Notes: generated from the letters alone by a model not told the origin. Positions 30,759 through 41,161 are shown, counted from the stretch's first letter. The stretch: DNA of 64,000 nt from Gammaproteobacteria bacterium (GCA_041984885.1 JBHIXH010000001.1:50365-114364), one strand, 5' to 3'. Translations and numbers: made by a program.

Positions 30759-33700
30759 TTAAGTTTTTATATTTTTTGAAAACCATTTATAAAGTGCAGG
30801 AATCACCAGCAAGGTTAATATGGTTGATGTCACTATCCCACCTACAACCACTGTCGCCAATGGTCGTTGAACTTCGCTACCTGTACCCGGAGAAAGTAAT
30901 AGTGGAATCATTGCCAGGACTGTTGTAATCGCTGTCATTAAAACAGGTCGTAATCTAAGACATGCGCCTTGTATAGATACCTCATCAATACTCATTCCCT
31001 TTTCTAAGATTTGGTTAAAATAAGTTATCAATACAATGCCATTCATTAAGGCAATACCAAAAAGAGAGATAAAACCAACAGAGGCTGGTACAGAGAGGTT
31101 TTGCCCGCTTAACCATAAAGCGACTACACCTCCTACCAGTGCCAACGGAATATTCAGAAAGATCAATGTTGCATTTTTAAATGAATTAAAACTGCTATAG
31201 AGCATGATGAATATTAATAGTAATGTAACGGGGATAACGATAGCTAAACGCTTATTTGCTTCCTGTTGTAAACGATACTGCCCGCCCCAGGTCACCAGAT
31301 AACCGGGAGGCAAATCAATATTCGCATCAATCTGTAGTTGTGCGTCTTCGACAAAGGTAACGATATCACGACCGACAACATTACTTTGTACTGTTATAAA
31401 ACGTTGATTGTTTTGACGCGTGATCTGTCTTTGCCCTACCAATTCTTCAATTACAGCAAGCTGTTCAAGTGGAATTTTTATTCCATCAGGTGTTTCGATG
31501 AGTATTTGTCTTATATCGTCTTTTGTTGCTCTTGCTTCTGGTGTATACCGAACAAAGATATCGAAACGGCGTATCCCTTCAAAGATTTGCCCGGCTGATA
31601 CGCCACCGACTGCGGCACTAATGACATTCTGAACATCTTCCAGATTTAAACCGTAACGGGCAATCGCTTGTCTATCAGGACGAATACGAAGTTGTGGAAC
31701 ACCCGAAACCTGATCGACTTGAACATCTTCAGCTCCTTCCACTTCCTGTACTACTGCTGCAATTTCATCGGCTTTCCGTTTTAAAATATTCAGATCATCA
31801 CCAAATACTTTGATAGCCAGTTCCGCTCTCACACCTTCCAGTAATTCATCAACTGTCATTTTAATCGGTTGCGTCAGGTTAGCCTGAATACCCGGGATGT
31901 TTTTTACTTTTTCCCGTATCTGATCTTCAATAAAGGATTGATCTTTAGGCTTACGCCATTCCGCATTGGGTTTAAGAATGACAAACATTTCGGCAGAGTT
32001 TGTTGGATCAGCATGCGCGCCCACTTCGCCCCGGCCTATACGTGTCACTACCTTGGTAATTTCAGGAATTTCCTGCAAACGTTTTTCAACCAATAGGGTA
32101 TTGCGCTTACTTTCGTTTAAGGAAATAGACGGTGCCATGGTTAAACGAACAACGATCGTGCCTTCATTCAACTTGGGTGTGAACTCAGCACCCAATTGAG
32201 GAAAGATTGCACCACCGATAAGAATTAAAACAAATGCAACAATTAGCGCGATGGTTCTGTTATGAACAAAAAAACGTACCAGTGGTGTATAAATTTTAAG
32301 TAACCATTTAACGATCGGTACTTGATGTTCATCATGATTACTGTCTTTTTGTTTGGGTTTGTTCATGACAAAGGAGGCAAGTACAGGTGCGATAAAGATC
32401 GCAAACAACAACGATCCTGTCATTGCCAATGCAATGGCATACGCCAATGGCCCGAATGTTTTGCCTTCAACCCCTTGTAATGTAAACAATGGAAGGAACA
32501 CGATTAGAATAATCATAATCGCAAAGACGATCGGCCGTCCTACTTCACAGCAAGCGCGTCCTACAATACTTAATACCGGTTCATCCGAATTTGCTTTGCG
32601 TAACAGGCGATCAACATTTTCTACCATGACCACACCGCCATCGACCATCATACCAATTGCGATAGCAAGTCCACCAAACGACATCAAGTTTGCCGAGATA
32701 TCAAGAACATACATCCCTATCAAGGCAAAGAAGACAGAAAACGGAATGGATATCGCGACAACAAAACTGGGCCGTAGCGCCCCCAAGAATAACAACAGGA
32801 TAATAATAACCAATACAACACCCTGAATAAGTGCATCGGTTACAGTCTTAACACATGCTTCAACCAGACTCTTTTGTTCATAATATGGAACAATCCGCAC
32901 CCCTTCAGGAAGTATCTTATTAATCTTAGATAATTTGTTTTCAACATCAGCAATGACTGTTGATGAGTTAGTCCCGAACAATTTGATCACCATGCCGGCA
33001 ATCACTTCCTCAACACCATTACGCGTTTGTAACCCTCGGCGTATGGCACCCCCTGTTTTAACATCCGCCAAATCAGCCAGAAAGATAGGACTGCCATCAA
33101 CAGTCTTAATAACAACATTGTTTAGATCATCAATATCTTTAGCCAGCCCAACAGAACGGACGATAAACTCTTCGGAGTTCTTCTCAATATACTGTGCACC
33201 GACATTGAGATTGTTAGCACGGATACGTTCGATTACTTCGTTTAATGAAACTGAATAACGTAATAAGGCATCTGGATTGATCTCAACATGAAATTGTTTT
33301 TCATATCCGCCTATACCTAATATCTCGGTCACACCCGGTACAGTTTGTAAGTTGAATTTGACTATCCAGTCCTGGATCTCGCGTAATTCTATCAGTGAAT
33401 ATTGACCTGTTGTATCTTCAAGATAATAAAACAGGATCAATCCCATCCCCGTAGAGATCGGTCCCATTACCGGTTCACCGAAACCTTCCGGAATTTGTTC
33501 TCTTGCTTCCTGTAAACGTTCATTGACTAACTGGCGTGCAAAATAGATATCAATATCATCATCAAAGTAGATATTGACGACTGACAATCCAAAGTTAGAA
33601 ACAGAGCGAACATTATCAATACCGGGTAATCCGGTCATAGCCACTTCCACCGGATAGGTGACGTACATTTCGATTTCTTCCGGAGCCAAACCATCTGTTT

Positions 33701-33854
33701 CAGTAAACACCTGGACAAGGTTAGGTGATACATCGGGAAAAGCATCAATCGGTAATTGTGTGTAAGCGCGATAACCGGCAATCATTATCAAGATGGCAAA
33801 CATCACCATCAATAATCGGTTATGCAAACTAAAGTCGATTAATTTATCAATCAT
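30759..33854 (-). CDS. czcA: Heavy-metal efflux RND permease, CzcA family
   Basis: 1031 aa with HME-RND architecture. Second RND pump in the island; operonic with a His-rich adaptor and an OMF. Confidence 0.8.
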   Translation of the reverse strand: MIDKLIDFSLHNRLLMVMFAILIMIAGYRAYTQLPIDAFPDVSPNLVQVFTETDGLAPEEIEMYVTYPVEVAMTGLPGIDNVRSVSNFGLSVVNIYFDDDIDIYFARQLVNERLQEAREQIPEGFGEPVMGPISTGMGLILFYYLEDTTGQYSLIELREIQDWIVKFNLQTVPGVTEILGIGGYEKQFHVEINPDALLRYSVSLNEVIERIRANNLNVGAQYIEKNSEEFIVRSVGLAKDIDDLNNVVIKTVDGSPIFLADLADVKTGGAIRRGLQTRNGVEEVIAGMVIKLFGTNSSTVIADVENKLSKINKILPEGVRIVPYYEQKSLVEACVKTVTDALIQGVVLVIIILLLFLGALRPSFVVAISIPFSVFFALIGMYVLDISANLMSFGGLAIAIGMMVDGGVVMVENVDRLLRKANSDEPVLSIVGRACCEVGRPIVFAIMIILIVFLPLFTLQGVEGKTFGPLAYAIALAMTGSLLFAIFIAPVLASFVMNKPKQKDSNHDEHQVPIVKWLLKIYTPLVRFFVHNRTIALIVAFVLILIGGAIFPQLGAEFTPKLNEGTIVVRLTMAPSISLNESKRNTLLVEKRLQEIPEITKVVTRIGRGEVGAHADPTNSAEMFVILKPNAEWRKPKDQSFIEDQIREKVKNIPGIQANLTQPIKMTVDELLEGVRAELAIKVFGDDLNILKRKADEIAAVVQEVEGAEDVQVDQVSGVPQLRIRPDRQAIARYGLNLEDVQNVISAAVGGVSAGQIFEGIRRFDIFVRYTPEARATKDDIRQILIETPDGIKIPLEQLAVIEELVGQRQITRQNNQRFITVQSNVVGRDIVTFVEDAQLQIDANIDLPPGYLVTWGGQYRLQQEANKRLAIVIPVTLLLIFIMLYSSFNSFKNATLIFLNIPLALVGGVVALWLSGQNLSVPASVGFISLFGIALMNGIVLITYFNQILEKGMSIDEVSIQGACLRLRPVLMTAITTVLAMIPLLLSPGTGSEVQRPLATVVVGGIVTSTILTLLVIPALYKWFSKNIKT

Positions 33855-33882
33855 TGTTATACGTTCTCTTATTATTCGTTAA

Positions 33883-35067
33883 TTAGTGAGCATGGCCATC
33901 GCCAAAGGATGACTTTTGCATTTGTGCTTTTAAGACAAACGCATTTTTGCTCACGTATTGTTCTCCGGATGCTAACCCATCCAATACTTCAACATGCGTA
34001 TGATCACTACGCCCCAGTTTCACAGGATGTGGTTCAAACCCTTCTTCAGATTTGATAAAGACAACGGATTGATTATCGATGGTCTCGATAGCTGTTTTTG
34101 GAATAACAATGTCACTGGTATAATCTGATAACGTCACTTGAACCGATACGAATAAACCGGGGCGCCATTTTTGATCTTTGTTATCAATAACGACTCGTGC
34201 TGATGCGCTACGTGTTTCTTCAGAAACTTTTGGACTGATGTAATCAATCACACTATCAACATCGGGGATGCCATAACCTGAAATCACACGGACGTGTTGA
34301 CCTGTCTTTATCTTTTCCAGATCTTTTTGATAAACAGTTAGATTTACCCAAATACGGTCAAGATTAGAAATGACAAACGGTCTACTTTGTTCATTTAACA
34401 ATTCTCCCTGTACTACATGCTTTTCAGTAATGACACCGGCACTTGGCGACCGTATTTCGTACAAGGTTAAATCACAATCATCATTACATTGATCGTCAAT
34501 TTGCTCGATCCCGATAGCACGTAATTTTTGTTTAGCCAACTTATACTCAATATAGGCGTTATCTTTTATTTGCTGTGCTTCCTGAAATTCCCTTTCGGAT
34601 GTTAACCCTTCCTTTCTTAATTCTTTCTCCCTTTCATACGTTGATATCGCCAACTTATATCGACTGTTGGCAGCTTCTGTTTCTGCCTTAATCTCTGCCA
34701 GTTCCCTACTCGATAACGTAGCTAATAAATCACCCGTCTTAACACTATCGCCTAATGTTTTATAAACCTGTTTGGTGATACCGGATACACGCGGCACAAT
34801 ATGAATCAATCGATCTGGATCGAGTGTAATCTCCCCCGGTAAAGTTAACGTTTCCCTAATACTGCCACTACCTGCCTTACCAAGTTTTATTTCAAACTCA
34901 TCGAGTTCCTTATCAGTAAGTACAAGATGATCGTCGTGTTCTCCCTCATGCTTATCTTGTTTTGCATTAGAGGTTTCATCATGTGCATGATCATGTTCTT
35001 CTTTCGCATTAGTATTAAAGCCAAGCAATAAACTCATGCAGATAGCGATACTCCATAAAACTTTCAT
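33883..35067 (-). CDS. czcB: RND efflux periplasmic adaptor with His-rich N-terminus (CzcB-like)
   Basis: Signal peptide. His/Asp-rich stretch (EEHDHAHDET...HEGEHDDH). Membrane-fusion-protein fold. Confidence 0.75.
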   Translation of the reverse strand: MKVLWSIAICMSLLLGFNTNAKEEHDHAHDETSNAKQDKHEGEHDDHLVLTDKELDEFEIKLGKAGSGSIRETLTLPGEITLDPDRLIHIVPRVSGITKQVYKTLGDSVKTGDLLATLSSRELAEIKAETEAANSRYKLAISTYEREKELRKEGLTSEREFQEAQQIKDNAYIEYKLAKQKLRAIGIEQIDDQCNDDCDLTLYEIRSPSAGVITEKHVVQGELLNEQSRPFVISNLDRIWVNLTVYQKDLEKIKTGQHVRVISGYGIPDVDSVIDYISPKVSEETRSASARVVIDNKDQKWRPGLFVSVQVTLSDYTSDIVIPKTAIETIDNQSVVFIKSEEGFEPHPVKLGRSDHTHVEVLDGLASGEQYVSKNAFVLKAQMQKSSFGDGHAH

Positions 35068-36401
35068 CTGATTGCCTCCTCAGCAATATATTCAGTACGA
35101 CCTCCCAACGATGATCCAATCAAGCGTTCAATCGCAACGACAACTCGGTGATACTCTGTCAGTGCATCGACATATTGTTGCCGTGTTTCAAAATAAGTAC
35201 GTTGTGCATCGAGCAAGCTCAATAAATCCAGTTTTCCTAAGCGGTAAATTTTTGTTGCTGCATTAAATGCTTCTTCTGCCCCGGGCAGGATTTCATTTTT
35301 TAATGTTGTGACTTCCTGATAAAGAATGTCTAAACGGTGATAAGCAACTAGTAACGCAGACCGTAATCGTGTTTCTGTTACAACTTGTTCTTTTGAAGCG
35401 CGACTGAGTTCTACTTCAGAGCGTTGAAAGCCGGTTTGCTTGTTATTAAAAATAAACAACGGAATAGAAATACTTGCCACCGCAGCGACATCATCAGTCT
35501 CATTGAGATGACGCAAACCTGCACTGACAGAAATGTCCGGAATCGTATCGGCACGAGCGAGATTAATGGCACTTTGATGACGGCTCACCTCTGTCGCCCA
35601 TCGAGCAATATCTGGATTGTTATTAAGCTTGTTAACGATTAAGGATAAGTCCGGTAATGGAGGTATATTGTAGAAATCTCCCAGTACCCTATTGAAGGTA
35701 ATTTCAGTCCCGCCCCAGCCTGCCACCAGTTGTTGTTTTGATATGGCTAATTGTCGTTCGGCATTCATCTGACTGAGGCGTGCTCGGGAAAGCTCAACCC
35801 TTGCCTTAATCTCTTCAAGCGGAGAAACCTTCCCAGCATCTACACGCTTCTTGACCGTTAGATAAATCTCATCGGCCAGTTCGTTAATCTCGTTAGCAAT
35901 CGTAAGCTTTTCCTGTTCACCAAGCACATCTGCAAAGGCCACGGCTGTTTGTGATAACAAATCCACTCGTTTAATTTCATAGTCCCATCGAGCCAAATCG
36001 CGATCTGTTGAGGCAAGTTGTCGACGTTTCATTCTCTTATCACCCAGTTCAATCACCTGGCTAAGTGCTATTGTGGTTTCCGCTGACCTGAACGTGCCGA
36101 TATCACCGGAACCCGCAAAGTTTTCTAATTCAATTTCTGCTTCCGGGTTCGGTAACAAGCCAGCTTCAATTTGATCAATTTCTTTAGATCGTATCGTCCA
36201 GGCATAGGTTGCTAATTCCGGATTGTGTTTCAGTGTCATAACAATCGCCTGCTGAAAAGAAAGATCGCCGCTCGGCTGAACCATCGGTTGATCAAATTCT
36301 TCCGGTGCAATTGTCGGTGGCAATAACAGCTCATCATTAACTGCCATGACTGTTGCAGTCATAAAGCATGCAACAGTAAGTACTAAAGTTTTAATAACCA
36401 T
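35064..36401 (-). CDS. czcC: Outer-membrane efflux protein (CzcC/TolC family)
   Basis: OEP-family architecture. Overlaps the czcB start by 4 nt. Confidence 0.75.
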   Translation of the reverse strand: MVIKTLVLTVACFMTATVMAVNDELLLPPTIAPEEFDQPMVQPSGDLSFQQAIVMTLKHNPELATYAWTIRSKEIDQIEAGLLPNPEAEIELENFAGSGDIGTFRSAETTIALSQVIELGDKRMKRRQLASTDRDLARWDYEIKRVDLLSQTAVAFADVLGEQEKLTIANEINELADEIYLTVKKRVDAGKVSPLEEIKARVELSRARLSQMNAERQLAISKQQLVAGWGGTEITFNRVLGDFYNIPPLPDLSLIVNKLNNNPDIARWATEVSRHQSAINLARADTIPDISVSAGLRHLNETDDVAAVASISIPLFIFNNKQTGFQRSEVELSRASKEQVVTETRLRSALLVAYHRLDILYQEVTTLKNEILPGAEEAFNAATKIYRLGKLDLLSLLDAQRTYFETRQQYVDALTEYHRVVVAIERLIGSSLGGRTEYIAEEAIR

Positions 36402-36493
36402 ACTTAATCTCGTAAATCAAAAGACAATACCCTCTCAGTACATACTGAAAGAGATTCGTTGTTGTTTGTGAACTACCTGATGGTAGTAAGAGA

Positions 36494-36805
36494 TTAAGCT
36501 ATCGGTGGTTGGTAAGGTGGTGGTCCTGTAATGGAGAGATAATCTTGTATCTGAAAAATCAGGACTTCATTTATTCGCTCATTCGCCGCAAATGAAATGG
36601 CTTGTACCATGCCCAAAGAATGTGAAGAGAAATGACAGCAGTGATCACAAGAGACCGAGTCAGTATCAGAATCATGATGCACATCCAACTCGTGAGCATG
36701 ACCTTCTGTTGTTTCTGCCAGCTCATGTGCATAAGCATGGAACGGCATGACGACACCCGATAAGATCATCAGAACCAATATGATTTTTGCTAAGCAAATT
36801 TGCAT
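36494..36805 (-). CDS. Small His-rich periplasmic protein, CzcI-like
   Basis: Signal peptide, His-rich segment (HELAETTEGHAHELDVHHDSD) and a CDHCCH motif. Located immediately upstream of czcCBA, as czcI is. Confidence 0.45.
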   Translation of the reverse strand: MQICLAKIILVLMILSGVVMPFHAYAHELAETTEGHAHELDVHHDSDTDSVSCDHCCHFSSHSLGMVQAISFAANERINEVLIFQIQDYLSITGPPPYQPPIA

Positions 36806-36870
36806 AACTTAAAATATGTATGAATTTTAGTAATTTTTCAACTTTTATGAGCTCCTATCATATAATTAAT

Positions 36871-36890
36871 TGATCACTTAAAAGTGATCA
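36871..36890. promoter_or_regulatory. Perfect 20-bp palindrome (candidate operator) upstream of the czcI-like operon
   Basis: TGATCACTT-AA-AAGTGATCA. Lies 66 bp upstream of the czcI-like start on the minus strand. Confidence 0.35.
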
Positions 36891-37125
36891 CTAAGCTCAA
36901 GCCCCTGACACTAGACAAATGCTGCGGTGCTACTACCCGCAAGTAAATAACACTCAGAAGGACCCGATATTTAATAGGAACCGGAAACCCCTAGTCTAAA
37001 TTACATCTGGGAAATAATCGCGAGACTTATACCCGTAACAATCAAACGGTAGAAGTACCTAATACAAATAAAATTATTCGCTACATTTTATAATCAGCTA
37101 TTAGTTTTATATATTGCATACTTTC

Positions 37126-38928
37126 TTAACCATTCTGGAGTATTTTTCCTGATTCAATATCATTAATATCTTGACTTGAAAATTTTGATTGTAATTGCTC
37201 TAAAGTAATATCAAGCCCTTTAATAGTTTCAACTAATATATCTATTACAGCATTATTTAATGAGGTATTTTTCCGTGGTTCTTGAACTTGAGTTTTGGGT
37301 GTTTCGTGAGTTTCTTTTTTTTCTAGATTTTTATTTGTCTGAGAAATTCTAACGTTAGAATCTATATTTCCCCCATTTCTCCCATTTCCCCCCAAATTTT
37401 CAAGTCGCCATGCTTGTGCCCTATGTATAAGGGAACCTCTTACTATCCTCATATCATCAGATACACGTCCTTCCCATCTACCTATTTTCCTACCAAGTCT
37501 TCTTGAGTTAATTTTTGAACCATCCCCAGCAATACTGAGTAATGAATCTTTCAATTTTTGTGTATCTTCATCTCCACCAGAAGTTGCATTTTGAATCATT
37601 GTGGCTACTAAGACTTCTTTTTCTCCATATAAATTGAACCAGGCCAATAATAATTCACCATGTTGCTCTCTCTCAGGATCAATTGTTTCAACTCTTTTCC
37701 TCGTTTCACATGGGTCTGTTGCACCTGACCAAACTAACGGATACCTAACTAATTTGTCCCATTCTTCAAATCGTCCAAAAGCTTTCAAACCTACATCAGG
37801 CATACCAGTATCTATATATGCTTTAATAATTGTCAAACCTGCATTTACAAGAGAAATACGATTTTCTAAGACATAATCCTTTATATTTTCTCTTTTAAAT
37901 ACCCTCTCCTCAGGATGCTCACTGGCTGGATCTAATCTAGATATCAACATTCTTGTTGATAGATCACCTTTCACTGTAAGGTTATTACCCGTCATTAATA
38001 AAGTTACTGCGGTTGATACACTAATCATTTTTGTTTCGCCTAATAAACGATCTCTATATGTCTCACTAGTAGAGATTGTACAAAGTGTTTCCCCGGAAAC
38101 CACTTGTTCAACATTATCCATCAAGAGCAAAGAGTCACCTGCAATAAGAATAGCTAAGATTGCTTTCTTAGTTTCTGATTCATCTCGTGGCTGCGTCATA
38201 ACTGAAGGAGGCTGTGCGTTTACTAATAAACTAATGATTGTGGCCAAGAGAGTTTTCCCAGATCCCATTATTGGAGCATCAATACCAAAGAATGGTGCTG
38301 CTGATAATTGCCATCTTACAAGTGATGTTAAAAATGCTGCAAGCCATGCTGCTCGTGCAGCAGAATCAATGAAAGGAAATTCGTTAATTAAGTCTTCGAG
38401 TAACAACCTTGCATTAATTGCATCGGTTTGTTCAAACTTATTAGGAATTGATTCCCATGACTTATATGTACTATATAGACCAGTACCATAATCATAGCCA
38501 GGCTTGATAATTAATCTACCTGTACTTGTAACTGTTGGCGCACCTAATAGTGCTCTTAAGACTGGTAAATTCCATTTACTACGTTCAATAAGGGTTGATG
38601 CAATATCACGAGGACAATCAATTTCTTTATAGTCACGTGATCTTGAATCATATTTTTTCCATGTACCAAATTTAGTACATAATTCTCGTATCGAACTAGC
38701 CCTTGAGGGAACGATTATGTGTAATTCATCAGATCGTTTTATATATTGATTATTGTTATTTTTGATTCTTGAAATTTCAACTAGGTATCCACCACGCTGA
38801 TAAATACCTGCGTCATGAAGAATTAGTAATTCTTCACATTTATCAACTAATTCGTGAAGATTACCGCCTTCTATAATTATTTCTGAATTCTTTACTTTTT
38901 CCCAAGAATCTTCACGAATATCTTTCAC
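37126..38928 (-). CDS. Putative mobile-element replication protein (phage/plasmid primase-helicase-like P-loop NTPase, DUF3987/VirE-like)
   Basis: Walker A motif (GIDAPIMGSGKTLLAT) and Walker B-like LLLMDNV. Genomic context next to AlpA and the integrase. Low-complexity Asn/Gly tracts (KNNNNQY; NGGNGRNGGN). Confidence 0.45.
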   Translation of the reverse strand: MKDIREDSWEKVKNSEIIIEGGNLHELVDKCEELLILHDAGIYQRGGYLVEISRIKNNNNQYIKRSDELHIIVPSRASSIRELCTKFGTWKKYDSRSRDYKEIDCPRDIASTLIERSKWNLPVLRALLGAPTVTSTGRLIIKPGYDYGTGLYSTYKSWESIPNKFEQTDAINARLLLEDLINEFPFIDSAARAAWLAAFLTSLVRWQLSAAPFFGIDAPIMGSGKTLLATIISLLVNAQPPSVMTQPRDESETKKAILAILIAGDSLLLMDNVEQVVSGETLCTISTSETYRDRLLGETKMISVSTAVTLLMTGNNLTVKGDLSTRMLISRLDPASEHPEERVFKRENIKDYVLENRISLVNAGLTIIKAYIDTGMPDVGLKAFGRFEEWDKLVRYPLVWSGATDPCETRKRVETIDPEREQHGELLLAWFNLYGEKEVLVATMIQNATSGGDEDTQKLKDSLLSIAGDGSKINSRRLGRKIGRWEGRVSDDMRIVRGSLIHRAQAWRLENLGGNGRNGGNIDSNVRISQTNKNLEKKETHETPKTQVQEPRKNTSLNNAVIDILVETIKGLDITLEQLQSKFSSQDINDIESGKILQNG

Positions 38929-38985
38929 AAGCTTATTCTTTCTTGCTTATCTGTTTCCCGGGAAACAATGTAAATTGAAAAATAA

Positions 38986-39243
38986 TTACCTAATATCGAT
39001 ATGACCCACACGAGATTTTTCGATAACTACTTTTAATACTTCTGGTTCGTATCGTACAGATCGTCCACGCTTAATATATGGCACACTAGGGTTAGTACCA
39101 TTTATATAACGATCACGTTGAAGGAAGGCAACAGAACAGTTTAGACAAAATGCAGCAGCTTCTTCATCTAAGAGATAACCGGTTTTAAGGAGTTCATTAA
39201 CTGTTAATCCATTGTATTTTAATACGATATGTTTGTTATTCAT
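38986..39243 (-). CDS. AlpA-family phage regulatory/excisionase-like HTH protein
   Basis: 85 aa with an HTH_17-like pattern (LLDEEAAAFCLNCSVAFLQRDRY...PYIKRGRSVRY). Typical position in P4-like islands. Confidence 0.55.
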   Translation of the reverse strand: MNNKHIVLKYNGLTVNELLKTGYLLDEEAAAFCLNCSVAFLQRDRYINGTNPSVPYIKRGRSVRYEPEVLKVVIEKSRVGHIDIR

Positions 39244-39296
39244 AATACCACCCTATAAGTTCAATGAAGCTTTAGGACAGTTTAAGAATTAACAGT

Positions 39297-39920
39297 CTAT
39301 TTTTTTACCTTAGAATTTATTTTTTTATCAGGCCTTAATCCTTCTGCAAATGCTTTAGCAATAAGTTTAGAAATATCAATTGGTTCCCTTGTAAATATTT
39401 TTACAAAGTTCTTTTCTTTACTTAATTTTTTCTCAAAATCCTCAGGCGTACCTAATTTCAATCTCTTAGAATGCCATTCTAATTCACATTCAAGTTCTGC
39501 TCTATCCTCAGGAGATAAGTTGTGATGTTTGATTAAATTATCAATATATTTTTTATTTTTAGTAATATGACCCTCAATGGTTTTAGTTGCCAAGTTTGAG
39601 TTATTAGCAATAAGTTTAATTGTTTTTTCATATCCATATTTATAATCTTCTCTATACATAATATATTCAATAATTATATTATTTATTTTATTTTCTTCTT
39701 GAATGGGATCACGTTTTATTCCTTGTTTTATTTTACCATTCTCTTTATGGATTATTGTCAAATCAATAAGATCTGTATATTCATCGATATTCAATATACC
39801 TTCTTTATAATTGCTTTGTATAAGTTTAATTCTTTCATGATATCCTAGTATTTCTATCCGTCTCTTGAGTTCCGATATGGCCGTCCACCGTTGAGTGTTT
39901 GTCAACTTTTTTCTCTTCAT
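39297..39920 (-). CDS. Hypothetical island protein (207 aa, K/N/I-rich)
   Basis: Intact ORF whose start overlaps the integrase stop (translational coupling). No recognisable family. Confidence 0.45.
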   Translation of the reverse strand: MKRKKLTNTQRWTAISELKRRIEILGYHERIKLIQSNYKEGILNIDEYTDLIDLTIIHKENGKIKQGIKRDPIQEENKINNIIIEYIMYREDYKYGYEKTIKLIANNSNLATKTIEGHITKNKKYIDNLIKHHNLSPEDRAELECELEWHSKRLKLGTPEDFEKKLSKEKNFVKIFTREPIDISKLIAKAFAEGLRPDKKINSKVKK

Positions 39921-41125
39921 TAAGCATTTCCAGTTTGTTTAACATTTATTATCGATGCAGACTTTTTCTGACCCGCAGATCTCAATATATAGTCAGTGAT
40001 TTGTTGCATAGGTTTTCTTAATCGTTCAATGTCAGCAACAATGTAACCTGCAGTCACATCAGGTATGGAATGATTGAGTAACCTTTTTAGAGCATAAGCT
40101 GGTATATTGAGACTTTCAGCAATTGTCGCAAATGTTCGTCGTAGATCATGAGGACAAAAAGTTACTTTTGATTCCTCAGCAACTAAACGATTAGCATTAT
40201 CTATGACACTTATGTGACCATTACCATGCCTAGCTGAAAATACATAAATTCCTTTCGATTTATTTATTCTGCTTTTCAGAATTTCGTACAAAAAATCACT
40301 CAGTGGAAGGGTATGGGATCTGTGATTTTTTGTATCCAGAACTGTTAGTGTTTTAGATTCAAGATCTACCTGGTCCACTTTTAAAGTTTTGGCTTCTCCA
40401 CTTCTAAGACCAGTAAATAATAATGTGAATAAGTATGCCCTCACATTTTCAGGTTGGTTTACTACTGCTGCAAACCAAGGTTTTAACTGAGATTGCTTTA
40501 TTACGGTTTGACGGCGTTCAATCCTATACCATCTTTTAGTATCTGATAATCGCTTGACTGGATTAGCAGTAATGATTGGAATTCCCTCCGAATCAGTATA
40601 TTGAATCATCGCATGTGAAAATATTGCTCTTAAATATTTCATAGCCAAATTTGCCTGAGCATGACTCTTGTCACCAATCTCCTTGTGTTTTTTTACACAC
40701 ATATCAGGCGTTATGGATAACAATGGTTTATTCATCCAGGACCTTAAATAACGACCAAGACAAGAGCGCATATCCATCACTGTTCGTGGTTTAAGATTTT
40801 TTGAATAAATATAATCATTAAGTCCATTTTCTACAGTTGCGCTTTTAAGCTTCGCTTTTTGTTTATTCGCAACAGGATCTCCGCCTTTAATTATTTCTCC
40901 TATTAACTTTCTGGCTTCTTTTCTTGCTCCATCTGGAGCCATTTCATGAGATTTACAAATTGTGAGTCTTTGAGACTTACCTTTAACCCTACGCTGTAGT
41001 ACGTAACTCATCGCACCGTTTGAAGTAACTCTAACTCCAAAGGACGGTAATTCATCGTCCCAAATAATTTGATATCCTGTATCAGGAATTGATAGGCTTT
41101 TGAGATTTGTTTTCGTTAGCTTCAT
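39920..41125 (-). CDS. int: Tyrosine-type site-specific integrase (P4-like)
   Basis: N-terminal arm-binding DUF4102-like region (MKLTKTNLKSL...YQIIWDDELPSFGVRVTSNGAMSY). C-terminal catalytic motifs (HDLRRT...; ...LNHS...). Adjacent to attR. Confidence 0.9.
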   Translation of the reverse strand: MKLTKTNLKSLSIPDTGYQIIWDDELPSFGVRVTSNGAMSYVLQRRVKGKSQRLTICKSHEMAPDGARKEARKLIGEIIKGGDPVANKQKAKLKSATVENGLNDYIYSKNLKPRTVMDMRSCLGRYLRSWMNKPLLSITPDMCVKKHKEIGDKSHAQANLAMKYLRAIFSHAMIQYTDSEGIPIITANPVKRLSDTKRWYRIERRQTVIKQSQLKPWFAAVVNQPENVRAYLFTLLFTGLRSGEAKTLKVDQVDLESKTLTVLDTKNHRSHTLPLSDFLYEILKSRINKSKGIYVFSARHGNGHISVIDNANRLVAEESKVTFCPHDLRRTFATIAESLNIPAYALKRLLNHSIPDVTAGYIVADIERLRKPMQQITDYILRSAGQKKSASIINVKQTGNA

Positions 41126-41143
41126 AGTCCGTCCGTTTAATCA

Positions 41144-41161
41144 TGTAAGCACTATGTAAGC
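41144..41161 (+). repeat. Tandem TGTAAGCA motifs next to the integrase start (candidate arm-type sites)
   Basis: TGTAAGCACTATGTAAGCA. Same heptamer as at the island left end (22911-22929). Confidence 0.4.

Noticed and set aside
32353-33258. 157-aa and 107-aa + strand ORFs inside czcA; similar ones inside cusA (24076-24504)
   Set aside because: Antisense to RND permease genes with strong protein-level signal. They are low-complexity translations.
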